From the sequence record DRR378314_130: a stretch of 45,878 nt of DNA, one strand, 5' to 3'. Of this stretch, positions 19,288-29,367 are shown in pieces. How positions within the stretch are numbered: position 1 is the first letter of the stretch; each line of letters begins with the position of its first letter. The translations under genes were made by a program, and so were the position numbers. A model generated the notes under the pieces. It had not been told where the DNA came from and searched no databases. It was given only the letters and a program-made list of their open reading frames with translations.

Positions 19288-20517
19288 ATGACTTTGAAAC
19301 TTCGGGCGGCCCTTATGGCTGCAACCGCACTTTGCGGCACATCCGCAATGGCCGAGACCACATTGAACGCGCTGTTCATGGCTCAGGCAGCCTATAGCGA
19401 AGACGATATCCGGGCGATGACCGCAAGCTTCGAGAGCGCCCATCCGGACGTGAAGATCAACCTGGAGTTTGTTCCCTACGAAGGGCTGCATGACAAGACC
19501 GTGCTGTCTCAGGGTGCTGGCGGCGGCTATGATGTCGTATTGTTCGACGTCATCTGGCCTGCGGAATATTCCGAGAACGGGATCCTGCTCGACGTGAGCG
19601 ACAAGATCACCGAGGACATGAAAGCCGGTATCCTGCCGGGGGCCTGGACCACCGTGGACTACGACGGCAAGAGCTACGGCATGCCCTGGATTCTCGACAC
19701 CAAGTATCTGTTTTACAACAAGGACATGCTGAAGCAGGCCGGAATCGATACCCCTCCCGCAACCTGGGCCGAATTGCAGGAAGACGCACAGACAATCAAG
19801 GATGCTGGCCTCGTCGACCATCCGATCGTCTGGAGCTGGGCACAGGCCGAAGCCGCTATTTGTGACTATACGACCCTGCTCAGTGCCTTTGGCGGCGACT
19901 TCCTGAAGGAGGGTGCGCCGGAATTTCAGACCGGCGGTGGCCTTGATGCGCTGCACTACATGGTCGACAGCTATAAATCAGGCCTGACCAACCCCAATTC
20001 GAAGGAATTCCTCGAAGAGGATGTCCGCAATGTGTTCCAGAACGGAGACGCGGCCTTCGCGCTCAACTGGACCTACATGTATAATCTCGCCAATACCTCC
20101 GAAGAGAGCAAGGTCGCAGGCAACGTCGGTGTTGTACCCGCGCCGGGCGTTGAGGGATCTTCCTCCGTGTCCGCGGTGAACGGTTCCATGGGGCTTGGCA
20201 TTCCGAGCACCTCCGAAAACCCTGATCTTGCATGGGACTACATCGTCCACATGACATCGCAGCCGGTGCAGGACACCTATGCCAAACTCAGCCTGCCCAT
20301 CTGGAAGTCCTCCTATGAGGACACGGCGGTCACCGCCGGTCAGGAAGAGCTGATCGACGCCGCCAGCAAGAGCCTTGCCGCGATGTACCCGCGCCCGATG
20401 ACTCCCCGCTATCAGGAGATGTCGATGGCGCTGCAACAAGGCATTCAAGAAGCGCTTCTGGGCATGGCATCGCCCGAAGACGCCCTGCAGGGTGCTGCAG
20501 ACAACAGCGGTCTCTGA
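19288..20517 (+). CDS. Carbohydrate ABC transporter extracellular solute-binding protein (CUT1)
   Basis: Signal peptide (SAMA-E), YDVVLFD, YGMPW, LFYNKDML, PATWAEL; RBS AGGAG. Confidence 0.92.
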   Translation: MTLKLRAALMAATALCGTSAMAETTLNALFMAQAAYSEDDIRAMTASFESAHPDVKINLEFVPYEGLHDKTVLSQGAGGGYDVVLFDVIWPAEYSENGILLDVSDKITEDMKAGILPGAWTTVDYDGKSYGMPWILDTKYLFYNKDMLKQAGIDTPPATWAELQEDAQTIKDAGLVDHPIVWSWAQAEAAICDYTTLLSAFGGDFLKEGAPEFQTGGGLDALHYMVDSYKSGLTNPNSKEFLEEDVRNVFQNGDAAFALNWTYMYNLANTSEESKVAGNVGVVPAPGVEGSSSVSAVNGSMGLGIPSTSENPDLAWDYIVHMTSQPVQDTYAKLSLPIWKSSYEDTAVTAGQEELIDAASKSLAAMYPRPMTPRYQEMSMALQQGIQEALLGMASPEDALQGAADNSGL

Positions 20518-20600
20518 GATCGCATATCGCGGGGCGCGCCAGACGCGCCCTGCCACTCCGGTCTGCCCAGATCCCCTTCCCCCTACCATAGGCTGATCTT

Positions 20601-21485
20601 ATGTTTTCAGAACGCATGTCTCCGCGTGCCCTATTGTTGATGCTTCCCCTTGTGCTCGTGATGATCGCAGTCATCGGCTGGCCCCTGGTTGATACCATCC
20701 GACTGTCGATGACTGATGCACGGCTGGCCGGCACCAGCGGCGAGTTCATAGGCGCCGACAACTACACAAAAACGGTATCAAGCCGAAACTTTCAGTCCGC
20801 GTTCTGGGCAACAATGAGGTTCAGCGTCTGGTCGGTTTCGATCGAGCTTGTCCTCGGCGTTCTGGTTGCGCTGCTGCTCAATCAACGGTTCTACGGCCGC
20901 ACGCTCCTGCGGGCGCTCATGATCCTGCCCTGGGCCCTGCCAACAGTGGTCAACGCCACCCTGTGGCGGCTGATCTACAACCCCGAATACGGCGCGCTCA
21001 ATGCGCTGCTGACCCAGATCGGCATGCTGGACGCCTATCGGTCGTGGCTGGGAGAGCCCGGCAGTGCGATGACCGCGCTGATCGTGGCCGATGTCTGGAA
21101 GAACTTTCCGCTGGTGGCACTGATCGCACTGGCCGCCCTGCAGGCCGTACCAAAGGACATTCGCGCGGCCGCCATTTCCGACGGCGCCAACGCCTGGAAA
21201 CGCTTTCGCTATGTCATCATGCCTTATCTCATCGGGCCGCTGATGGTGGCGCTGGTCCTGCGCACGATCGAGGCCTTCAAGGTGTTTGACCTGATCTGGA
21301 TCATGACCCGAGGCGGACCGGCAAACTCCACCCGCAGCCTGTCGATCCTTGTCTATCAGGAGGCATTTGCCTTTCAACGGGTTGGCTCAGGCGCATCACT
21401 TGCCTTGATCATCACGCTCATCATTACCGTTCTGGCCGTGGCCTATCTCATGATCATGCGTCGCTTTGCAGGAGAGGCCCGCTAA
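20601..21485 (+). CDS. Carbohydrate ABC transporter permease 1
   Basis: ILPWALP, DVWKNFP, EAA-like AAISDGA, TRGGPA. Confidence 0.92.
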   Translation: MFSERMSPRALLLMLPLVLVMIAVIGWPLVDTIRLSMTDARLAGTSGEFIGADNYTKTVSSRNFQSAFWATMRFSVWSVSIELVLGVLVALLLNQRFYGRTLLRALMILPWALPTVVNATLWRLIYNPEYGALNALLTQIGMLDAYRSWLGEPGSAMTALIVADVWKNFPLVALIALAALQAVPKDIRAAAISDGANAWKRFRYVIMPYLIGPLMVALVLRTIEAFKVFDLIWIMTRGGPANSTRSLSILVYQEAFAFQRVGSGASLALIITLIITVLAVAYLMIMRRFAGEAR

Positions 21486-22330
21486 TGGAACATCAATCCC
21501 GCTGGTTCCGCCTGTTCATCCACCTGATGGCTCTGCTTGTGGCGCTGATCATCCTCATGCCGCTTGCGTGGTTGTTCGTGATGAGCATTTCCTCCAATGC
21601 CGATCTCTCCGCAAAGCCCCTGCGCTGGTGGCCGAACGAGATCGACATCTCGCGCTATGCGACATTGTTTGATCGCTCTGACAACAGTGCCGGTCAGGCC
21701 TTCATGGCCTCTCTGTTCAACAGCATAAAGGTCGCCGGCATGGCCACGATCGCCGCGATCATGGTCGCAATCCCGGCGGGCTGGGCCCTGTCGCGCAACC
21801 CCAGACTGGGCTGGGTACTGGGTGGTATCATCGCGACCTACATGCTGCCGCCGGTCGCCCTGTCCATCCCGCTGTACTTCATTCTGGCGAAATTCGGACT
21901 TCTGAATAACGTCTTTGGGCTGGGGCTTGTGTATCTCAGCATTCTCGCGCCCTTTGTGACGTGGCTGCTGAAGTCCGGCTTCGACCCGATCCCGAAAGAT
22001 CTGGAGCGCGCGGCCGCGATCGACGGGGCACGTCTGGACCAGATGCTGCGGATCGTGATCCTGCCGCTTGCCATGCCAGTCATCGCCACGGCAACCATCT
22101 TTGCCTTTCTGCTGGCGTGGGATGAGTTCTTCTACGCGCTGCTGTTCACATCAAACCAAGATGCCAAGACGCTGACAGTCGCCATTGCCGACCTCGCCGG
22201 AGGGCGGGTGTCCGACTACGGGCTGATTGCGACCGCCGGGGTCATTGCCGCCCTGCCGCCGGTGTTGATCGGCATTCTCATGCAACGTTCCCTGATCTCG
22301 GGGCTTACCAACGGAGGTGTCAAAGGATGA
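21485..22330 (+). CDS. Carbohydrate ABC transporter permease 2
   Basis: FNSIKVA, IPKDLERAAAIDGA, AWDEFF, GLTNGGVKG. Confidence 0.92.
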   Translation: MEHQSRWFRLFIHLMALLVALIILMPLAWLFVMSISSNADLSAKPLRWWPNEIDISRYATLFDRSDNSAGQAFMASLFNSIKVAGMATIAAIMVAIPAGWALSRNPRLGWVLGGIIATYMLPPVALSIPLYFILAKFGLLNNVFGLGLVYLSILAPFVTWLLKSGFDPIPKDLERAAAIDGARLDQMLRIVILPLAMPVIATATIFAFLLAWDEFFYALLFTSNQDAKTLTVAIADLAGGRVSDYGLIATAGVIAALPPVLIGILMQRSLISGLTNGGVKG

Positions 22331-23349
22331 CAACCCTACTTGAACCCCAATCTGACTTCATGACCACGATACACGCCGAAATGGCGCGGCAGATGTCCGA
22401 CAGCCGCGATAGCATTGCCCAATCGGGCGACATCGCCGTCGACATCGCCGAGGCGATCCGGCGCACCGGGCGGCTGATCCTTCTTGGCATGGGTGGCTCG
22501 CATGCAGTCGGCCGGGCCCTTGAACCCAGTTACCGCGCGCTTGGCATCGAGGCGGTTGCCCTGCCCTTGTCGGAGCAGCTGGACAGCCCCTTGCCACTCG
22601 ATGGATGGACGGCGATCGTGACCTCTCAATCCGGCGAAAGCGCCGAGGTCCTGCGCTGGTTCTCCGAAGGGCACGCCCCAAAGGACGCCTTTGGTCTGAC
22701 CATGGAGGGCACCTCCTCTCTCGCCGGGATCGTCCCCTGCCTCGTGGGCGCCGGCGGATCGGAAATTCCCTTTGCCGCAACCCGCTCTCTCACCGTGACA
22801 CTGGCATTGCATGCCGCGGTGCTTCAGCATCTCGGGGCAGATCTCGCGCCGGTCATCGCAGCTATGTCACAAGCCACCGCGCCAGACATGCAGAAGGCGA
22901 TCAGCCATTTCGCGAATGTCCGCACCATCGTAACCTCGGGCCGCAACCAACAAGGCGTGGCCGAGGCCATCGCTCTGGGTCTGACAGAGTTGTCGCGCCT
23001 GCCCTGCTTCAGCCTTGAAAGCGGACAACTACGGCACGGCCCCGTCGAGATGCTCCACCCGGATGTCGGGGTCGTCATGTTCCGCGCCGCTGATCCTTCC
23101 GCGACATATGTGACGAACCTTGCGGAATTTGTGGTGCGCGAAAGCAAATCCCCACTGATCATATTTGATGCCTCGGATCTGCCACCTGTCGATGGCGCAC
23201 ATATGATCTCTTGCCCAACAGGCCATGGGCTTGCCGCCTGTTTCATCCTCCTGTCGGCTGCACAGCAATTCATGGTCGATTTCGCCGCCGCGCGCGTACC
23301 CGACGTCGGAACCCCGCAGCGATGCTCCAAGGTAACAAAGGTTGAATGA
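22327..23349 (+). CDS. Double SIS-domain protein (amino-sugar-phosphate deaminase/deglycase-like, GlmS/FrlB isomerase fold)
   Basis: GMGGS, TSQSGES, LRHGPVE, C-terminal SKVTKVE; no glutaminase domain. Confidence 0.85.
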   Translation: MTTLLEPQSDFMTTIHAEMARQMSDSRDSIAQSGDIAVDIAEAIRRTGRLILLGMGGSHAVGRALEPSYRALGIEAVALPLSEQLDSPLPLDGWTAIVTSQSGESAEVLRWFSEGHAPKDAFGLTMEGTSSLAGIVPCLVGAGGSEIPFAATRSLTVTLALHAAVLQHLGADLAPVIAAMSQATAPDMQKAISHFANVRTIVTSGRNQQGVAEAIALGLTELSRLPCFSLESGQLRHGPVEMLHPDVGVVMFRAADPSATYVTNLAEFVVRESKSPLIIFDASDLPPVDGAHMISCPTGHGLAACFILLSAAQQFMVDFAAARVPDVGTPQRCSKVTKVE

Positions 23350-24278
23350 CGATGACGCGACCGCTTGCAACGGTAGGCAACGTGAATGTTGACCTGATCC
23401 TTGGCCCTATCGCACCTTGGCCGACCCCCGGCACAGAGGTTCTCTGCGCCGATGATGACCTGCGCGTCGGGGGAAGTGCCGGCAACGCCGCCCTCGCATG
23501 GCAAGCCATGAACGTGCCGTTCCAATGTGCCGCCAATACCGGCAACGATCACTTTGGCGACTGGCTCCGAAAGGGGTTTGGCCCGGGCGCCCTGAGCTGG
23601 AGTCGAACAAACGGTCCCACAACCCTGTCCGTGGGCATCACGCATCCAGATGCGGAACGCACTTTCTACACCACCATGGGGCACCTTCCTGAACTGGACT
23701 GGCCACAAGTGGACGCGCAACTCGACTGGGCGGCGCTCTCTGGCGGGATATTGCTGTTGTGCGGGTGCTTTCTGACTGAACGTCTGGCCGAACACTATGA
23801 CGCTCTGTTCGACCGGGCCCAGGACGCCGGCGTCAAGGTTGCGCTGGACACCGGCTGGCCCCTGCCGGGGTGGACCACGGACGTGCGCCACGCGGTCGAG
23901 GGCTGGGTCGCGCGCAGCACCATCGTTCTGCTGAACGAGATCGAGGCCACCAACCTGACCGGGCAGGATGACGCATACGGCGCGCTTGCTGCCCTCGCCC
24001 AACGCCTGCCGCAGGACGGGATTGCAGTGATCAAATGCGGGCCGCGCGGGGCCATCGCCTCACATCACGGTCAGACCTTTGTCGCCAGCGCCCCAAAGGT
24101 GCGTGTTCAGGACACCATCGGCGCCGGAGACGTGTTCAACGCAGCCTTCCTGGCCGAGCTGGCCAAAGGCGCAGAGATCGACATCGCTCTGACGGCCGCG
24201 GTTGGCGTTGCCTCCACGGCGATCTCCACCAACCCGCGCGTCTATTCTGAAACCTCCCCGCAGGAAGTCCCAGCATGA
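23346..24278 (+). CDS. PfkB family carbohydrate kinase
   Basis: GNVNVD, GGSAGNAA, LNEIEA, DTIGAGDVFNA. Confidence 0.9.
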   Translation: MTMTRPLATVGNVNVDLILGPIAPWPTPGTEVLCADDDLRVGGSAGNAALAWQAMNVPFQCAANTGNDHFGDWLRKGFGPGALSWSRTNGPTTLSVGITHPDAERTFYTTMGHLPELDWPQVDAQLDWAALSGGILLLCGCFLTERLAEHYDALFDRAQDAGVKVALDTGWPLPGWTTDVRHAVEGWVARSTIVLLNEIEATNLTGQDDAYGALAALAQRLPQDGIAVIKCGPRGAIASHHGQTFVASAPKVRVQDTIGAGDVFNAAFLAELAKGAEIDIALTAAVGVASTAISTNPRVYSETSPQEVPA

Positions 24279-25342
24279 GCACTCTCGAACTTCGTGAAAT
24301 CCGCAAATCCTACGGCACGCTTGAAACGCTGAAGGGCATCAACCTCAATCTGGAAAGCGGCGAGTTTCTGGTGCTGCTCGGTGCTTCGGGCTGTGGAAAG
24401 TCAACGCTGCTGAGCATGATTTCCGGCCTCTCGGATCCCACCTCTGGCGACATCACCCTCAATGAGCGCAGGCTCAACGGCGTTCACCCCAAGGACCGCG
24501 ACATTGCGATGGTATTCCAGTCCTACGCGCTTTATCCGAACCTCTCGGTGGCGCGTAATATCGGCTTTGGGCTGGAGATGCGCGGCATCGACCGCTCCAC
24601 CCGGGAGAAGGCCGTGCTGGAAGCGGCAAAGGTCTTGCAGGTCGACCACCTGCTCGACCGCAAACCCGGCGATCTGTCCGGCGGGCAGCGGCAGCGGGTT
24701 GCGATCGGGCGCGCATTGGTCCGCAAACCAAAGCTGTTTCTGTTTGACGAGCCATTGTCCAACCTCGATGCAAAACTGCGGCTGGAGATGCGCAGCGAAT
24801 TGAAGCGCCTTCACCAGATGCTCGGCGTCACCGTCGTCTACGTGACCCATGACCAGATCGAAGCGATGACACTGGCCTCGCGCATCGCAGTCATGCGGGG
24901 TGGGTGCATCGAGCAGCTTGGAACACCCGAGGAGATCTATAACCGGCCAGCCTCGCGCTTCGTGGCAGAGTTCATGGGCTCTCCGCCGATCAATACCCTC
25001 GCGACGCAACAGACGGAACGCGGTCTGGAAATCGCGAGCGGCGCCGCTGTCCTAAAGGACCTCTGCCCCACCGATCCCGTTGTTGTCGGCATTCGTCCCG
25101 AAGCCCTGAAAACACAAGCATTTGACGGGGCGATCACTCTCTCGGGCACTGTCGATCTGGTTGAGCTGACGGGCCCTGAACAGATTGTCAGCGTGGCCCT
25201 CAACGACACGCGTGTGACGGCCACGCTGCCTGCCGACCTGCCTCTGACCCTCGGACAAGACATCGACCTGTTTGTCGAACCCAACCGCATTCTGACCTTT
25301 GACGCCAACAGTGGCGACCGGGTCGAGTGTCTACCGCACTAG
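24275..25342 (+). CDS. Carbohydrate ABC transporter ATP-binding protein (MalK-like)
   Basis: GASGCGKST, VFQSYALYP, LSGGQRQRVA, DEPLSNLDAKLR. Confidence 0.93.
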   Translation: MSTLELREIRKSYGTLETLKGINLNLESGEFLVLLGASGCGKSTLLSMISGLSDPTSGDITLNERRLNGVHPKDRDIAMVFQSYALYPNLSVARNIGFGLEMRGIDRSTREKAVLEAAKVLQVDHLLDRKPGDLSGGQRQRVAIGRALVRKPKLFLFDEPLSNLDAKLRLEMRSELKRLHQMLGVTVVYVTHDQIEAMTLASRIAVMRGGCIEQLGTPEEIYNRPASRFVAEFMGSPPINTLATQQTERGLEIASGAAVLKDLCPTDPVVVGIRPEALKTQAFDGAITLSGTVDLVELTGPEQIVSVALNDTRVTATLPADLPLTLGQDIDLFVEPNRILTFDANSGDRVECLPH

Positions 25343-25441
25343 CGCAACATCTGCGAAACCGCGCAGGTTTTCGCTTCAGCGCGTCGCTGAAAGCGTTTCG
25401 TTTCCATGCGAACTGAACGGCAAACGGGCCACTCACACATG

Positions 25442-25472
25442 GGAAAAGCCTCGCAGACCGCGAGGCTTTTCC
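25442..25472. terminator. Bidirectional intrinsic terminator between convergent operons
   Basis: GGAAAAGCCTCGC-agacc-GCGAGGCTTTTCC. Confidence 0.75.
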
Positions 25473-25493
25473 TTGGTCACACCATGACTGTGA

Positions 25494-26870
25494 CTACTCC
25501 ATGAACCGCTTGGCCGCGGGCCAGTGCTTCATCAACAGGTAGTATGACAGGCCGGCAGGCAGTAGGCTGGCATACCAAGAAATGCCGGAGAAGATCAGCG
25601 CAGCGACCACCCCAAGCCCCATGGCGATCACCGCAGCCCAGTTGACGCCCTTGTAGGGTCCGTTCTCGTCATACAGCTTGGTCAGATCCAGCTCCTGCTT
25701 GCGCAGGATAAAGTAATCCACCACCAGGATGGCGAAGATCGGTCCGAGGAAGGCGGAATAGGTCTGGATGAACAGGCTAAGCCCGGCGGCAGACTCGTCC
25801 TTCACCAGTTCCCAGGGAAATGTGGCAAAGGCCAGCAGGCCGACGATAACTGCCGATGTCTTGAAGTTGATCTTGAAGATATCCATCAGCGCATAGGCAG
25901 GCGGCACCACATTGTTCAGGATGTTTGTGGTCACCTGAGCAAAAGCGATGAACAGCAGCGTGATCACGAGCAGCGGCTTGTTGTCCACCGCGCTGGAGAA
26001 TACCTTGATCGGATCCACTTCGCCGGTTGCGCCAGACACCATCAGTCCGATCAACCCCATGAACAATGTCGCGGGCAGGATCGAGTTGGCATAGATGGCG
26101 ATCTGTCGAACTGGTCCGACATTGCGCCGCAGCTCACGGGAATAGTCGGACACATTCAGCATCATGGTGCTGTAAATGCCCAGGAACAGCATGGTCGCGC
26201 CCCAAAACGGAGCCCCCCAGGTGCCTTCGACATTGACCAGATTGGCCGAGATTTCCTCGCCGTATTTGCTGATCACGCTGAAGAACATGTAGACCAGCGA
26301 CCCGATGATAAAGACCGAGCCGATGTTCTCCAGCCATTTGATACCGTGAAAGCCAAGCACCGACAGGCCGATCTGCAGAAGCTGAAAGCCAATGAAGAAC
26401 ACCACGATGTTGTCATAGCCAAACAGCGTATCAGACACGAGATTGAGCGCGCCCGCCCCGATCCAGCTTTGAAAGCCAAACCAGACAATGGCGGGCACGG
26501 ACCTCACCAGCGCTGGCAGCCGGGTACCGGAAAAGCCAAATGCAGACCGCGCCTGCACCATGAAGGGGATGCCGTATTTATGCCCGGCCTGCCCGTTGAT
26601 CATCAGTGCTGCGCCGATGACCGTGCAACCAATGCCGATCGCGACGAGGGTCTGCAGCAGGTTCAATGTCCCCACCAGACCCGAGCCAATGGTAAACGTC
26701 CCGATCGACACGCAACCACCAAGCCAGGCAAACAGGTAGGACCAAGGGTCCATGATCCGTGTCTGCTGCGGCGCCAGGCTCTCCTCCCCGACCCCCTTGC
26801 CGCTATGGTCCTCTGTGTGTCCGTCTGTGCCACCACCCACGGCAGCCTCCAGATCTGTATTCATGGTCAT
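25494..26870 (-). CDS. NCS1 family nucleobase:cation symporter (allantoin/hydantoin permease-like)
   Basis: YGIPF...RSAFG..G, WFGFQSWIG, SDYSR, DYFILRK; about 12 TM segments. Confidence 0.9.
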   Translation of the reverse strand: MTMNTDLEAAVGGGTDGHTEDHSGKGVGEESLAPQQTRIMDPWSYLFAWLGGCVSIGTFTIGSGLVGTLNLLQTLVAIGIGCTVIGAALMINGQAGHKYGIPFMVQARSAFGFSGTRLPALVRSVPAIVWFGFQSWIGAGALNLVSDTLFGYDNIVVFFIGFQLLQIGLSVLGFHGIKWLENIGSVFIIGSLVYMFFSVISKYGEEISANLVNVEGTWGAPFWGATMLFLGIYSTMMLNVSDYSRELRRNVGPVRQIAIYANSILPATLFMGLIGLMVSGATGEVDPIKVFSSAVDNKPLLVITLLFIAFAQVTTNILNNVVPPAYALMDIFKINFKTSAVIVGLLAFATFPWELVKDESAAGLSLFIQTYSAFLGPIFAILVVDYFILRKQELDLTKLYDENGPYKGVNWAAVIAMGLGVVAALIFSGISWYASLLPAGLSYYLLMKHWPAAKRFME

Positions 26871-26905
26871 GTCTTCCTCCCTGACATTCCTAGTTTATTC
26901 TGGGC

Positions 26906-27604
26906 TCACTTTTTATTGGGCCTCGCGTATGCATTTATTTTGCTGGTCTTGAGCCCGCAGCTCGCCAGTGCCTCGACCATTCGGACGGCAACACTGACCC
27001 CATCGATGACCGGAATGCCGGTTTCTTCACTGAGCCATGCAGTCAGGTCAGCCATGCCCGCGCAGCCCAGAACAACCGCTTCGCAATGGTCCTCTTCGAT
27101 GGCGCGCAGGATTTCACGACGGATCTTGTCGCGCGCGTCAGAGCCCTCTTCTTCCAGTGCGAGGACCGGAATCTCAGCAGAGCGCACCCGGCGACACTGG
27201 TGCGAAAGCCCGTAGCCGTGCACGAGATGTTCGATTACCGGCACGGCGCGCGGCAAAGTGGTCACAACCGAAAAGGACGTCGCCAGCATGCTGGCCGCCT
27301 TTACCGCAGCCTCGCAAATACCAAGCACCGGCCCGGTTGCCAGTTCGCGGCAGGCGCCGATGCCCGGATCGTCGAAACAGGCAACCACGATCCCATCCAC
27401 ACCCTGTTCTTCGGCCGCGGCAACCTGCGCCAGCAGACCGGGCAGTGACATGGCCTCGTCGAAATGGCCTTCGATGCTGGCCGGTGCGCCCTGGGCAGTT
27501 GCGCCCAGAATGGCCACTCCGGGGCCGGCGACAGTCTTGGCCGCTTCGACGATCTTCCCTGTCATCGACTCGGTCGAATTGGGATTGACGACGAGAATTT
27601 TCAT
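26906..27604 (-). CDS. Asp/Glu/hydantoin racemase family protein (allantoin/hydantoin racemase-like)
   Basis: MKILVVNPNST, ACFDDPG and LGCAGM catalytic Cys motifs; RBS GGAGG. Confidence 0.9.
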   Translation of the reverse strand: MKILVVNPNSTESMTGKIVEAAKTVAGPGVAILGATAQGAPASIEGHFDEAMSLPGLLAQVAAAEEQGVDGIVVACFDDPGIGACRELATGPVLGICEAAVKAASMLATSFSVVTTLPRAVPVIEHLVHGYGLSHQCRRVRSAEIPVLALEEEGSDARDKIRREILRAIEEDHCEAVVLGCAGMADLTAWLSEETGIPVIDGVSVAVRMVEALASCGLKTSKINAYARPNKK

Positions 27605-27628
27605 GAGCTCCTCCTTTGTTGCCATATT

Positions 27629-27651
27629 TTGTTAACAATCCGTGATAACAA
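27629..27651. promoter_or_regulatory. Putative GntR operator(s)
   Basis: Palindrome TTGTTAACAA plus partial TGATAACAA, next to minus-strand TTGACT, between divergent racemase and gntR. Confidence 0.55.
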
Positions 27652-27738
27652 GTCAAGCGTGCCGTCGCCTCATGCCATTGCAATGCAGCCCTCCGGTCCT
27701 TAAGTTGCCTCTGTGCAAGAAAAACTTTTCAGGGCCCG

Positions 27739-28425
27739 ATGAAGGATTCTCCCGAAGATTTGATCGTGAACGCGATTCTCGATGCCATCGCTGAACAGCG
27801 ACTGCCAGCTGGCACCAAGTTGGGCGAGCAGGCGTTGAGTGATCTGTTTGCCTGTAACCGGGCCAATGTGCGCCGGGCGCTTGCGTCGCTTGCGGCACAG
27901 CAAGTTGTGGAGCTGCGCCCAAATCGCGGTGCGTTTGTGATGACGCCCTCCCCGAAAGAGGCTCGCGATATATTTCAGGCTCGCCGCGCGATCGAAAGCA
28001 CCATTGCACGGCATGCCGCAGGTCAGGCTTCTGCTGGCGACATCAAATTTCTGCGCGACAATATCATCGAAGAGGCCCAGGCCCATAAGGCAGGAGACAA
28101 ACCTGCGGAGCTGCGCGCCTCGCGTCAGTTTCACATGCGTATCGCGCAAATAGCAGGAAATCTTGTGCTGGAGCGGTTCCTGTCGGAACTCACGATGCGC
28201 AGCACGCTCATTCTGGGACTGTACTCCCGCACTGGCAGCTCTTCCTGCGCGGAGGATGAGCATGACAGGATTGTCGACGCCCTACAGAACGGCAGCGTAG
28301 ACGAGCTGGTCCGGTTGGTGGATGAGCATCTGCGCCATTTGGAGAAGGGCTTGAACTTCGAAGAGCCGCCTGCGGCCCCTATGAGCCTGAAGGAACAGCT
28401 GATGGTACCGCGCAGCGCGTCGTAA
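27739..28425 (+). CDS. GntR (FCD) family transcriptional regulator
   Basis: LPAGTKLGEQAL, VRRAL, PNRGAFV, FH..IA...GN, EH..IV. Confidence 0.9.
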   Translation: MKDSPEDLIVNAILDAIAEQRLPAGTKLGEQALSDLFACNRANVRRALASLAAQQVVELRPNRGAFVMTPSPKEARDIFQARRAIESTIARHAAGQASAGDIKFLRDNIIEEAQAHKAGDKPAELRASRQFHMRIAQIAGNLVLERFLSELTMRSTLILGLYSRTGSSSCAEDEHDRIVDALQNGSVDELVRLVDEHLRHLEKGLNFEEPPAAPMSLKEQLMVPRSAS

Positions 28426-28738
28426 CAAGGCTAGAGAAACGGTCACTTTGCCGGCGGCACAGCCAGTCGTCTCAGTAGGCACACGCCGCCAAAATGACAC
28501 GTGTGATTGGTGCCTTCGACAGAGTGCGCTGCGCTTCGCGTATCGACCGCCCTGCCGTGACAGGTATATGGCTGGCACCTCAAATGAGACCAGAAAAGAC
28601 ACTATATCAAACTGATAGAGACAACGGCTCAAGCGCCGTCATGTGCTTCTCTAGACGGCACCACGCGCTCGGGCCGAGTTGGACAGGCCCACATCTGAAA
28701 ACGGGCGGAAACCGGTGCTACAGATCTCTGACACCGCG

Positions 28739-28981
28739 TCAGCGGCGATAGCACCGGGACTTTTTACCAAAACCTGCCGGGGTGCAAACATAGCTGCCTG
28801 ACCCTGAGGCAAGGACAACTTTGGTGGGGTCATTCTTGGGGGCGTTGACCTCATTCGCCTGAACGTCAAATGCGCTCCCGGCGATCAATGTTGCGCCCAA
28901 CGCAAACACACAAAAACCGCGCCGAAACCGGCGTGCAACCTGTACTACCACAACTGCTCTCCTCGGGTTGTGAGCCCGCAT
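28739..28981 (-). CDS. Small putatively secreted Cys-containing protein
   Basis: Basic N-region, hydrophobic segment, VQA cleavage-like site, C-terminal SGSGSYVCTPAGFGKKSRCYRR; start uncertain. Confidence 0.6.
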   Translation of the reverse strand: MRAHNPRRAVVVVQVARRFRRGFCVFALGATLIAGSAFDVQANEVNAPKNDPTKVVLASGSGSYVCTPAGFGKKSRCYRR

Positions 28982-29367
28982 TTGATCTAGCGGGTCTCTT
29001 TACCTGTGCCACTTCTAGGCCAACAATTTATTAACGGTCAAGAAGATGGCAGGAGTTGGGCGCGCTCTGGTCACACCGGCTTGAGAAGAGAATTGAAGCT
29101 TCGTCCAGTAAAAAACGCCGGTAGACATACCGGCGCAGTTTCCATTTATCCAAAACCAACAGATCGTTACAAAACGCACTTCAGGTGGTGCCTTCCCCAT
29201 GCTGAAGCGGCACAGGGGCCACAAGATCACTCAGGCGAAAACCTGCCACTGCACAGCGAAAACGGGTCTGACACCGGCCATCGCAGTCGCTCGCAACGCC
29301 GTCGGCATGGCGAATCCACGTCAGCTGATCCCAGAGCGTGACGGCAGCCTTTGGAGCTGACCGGCGA

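Noticed and set aside
22824-24002. 392-aa minus-strand ORF
   Set aside because: Antisense shadow of the SIS and PfkB genes
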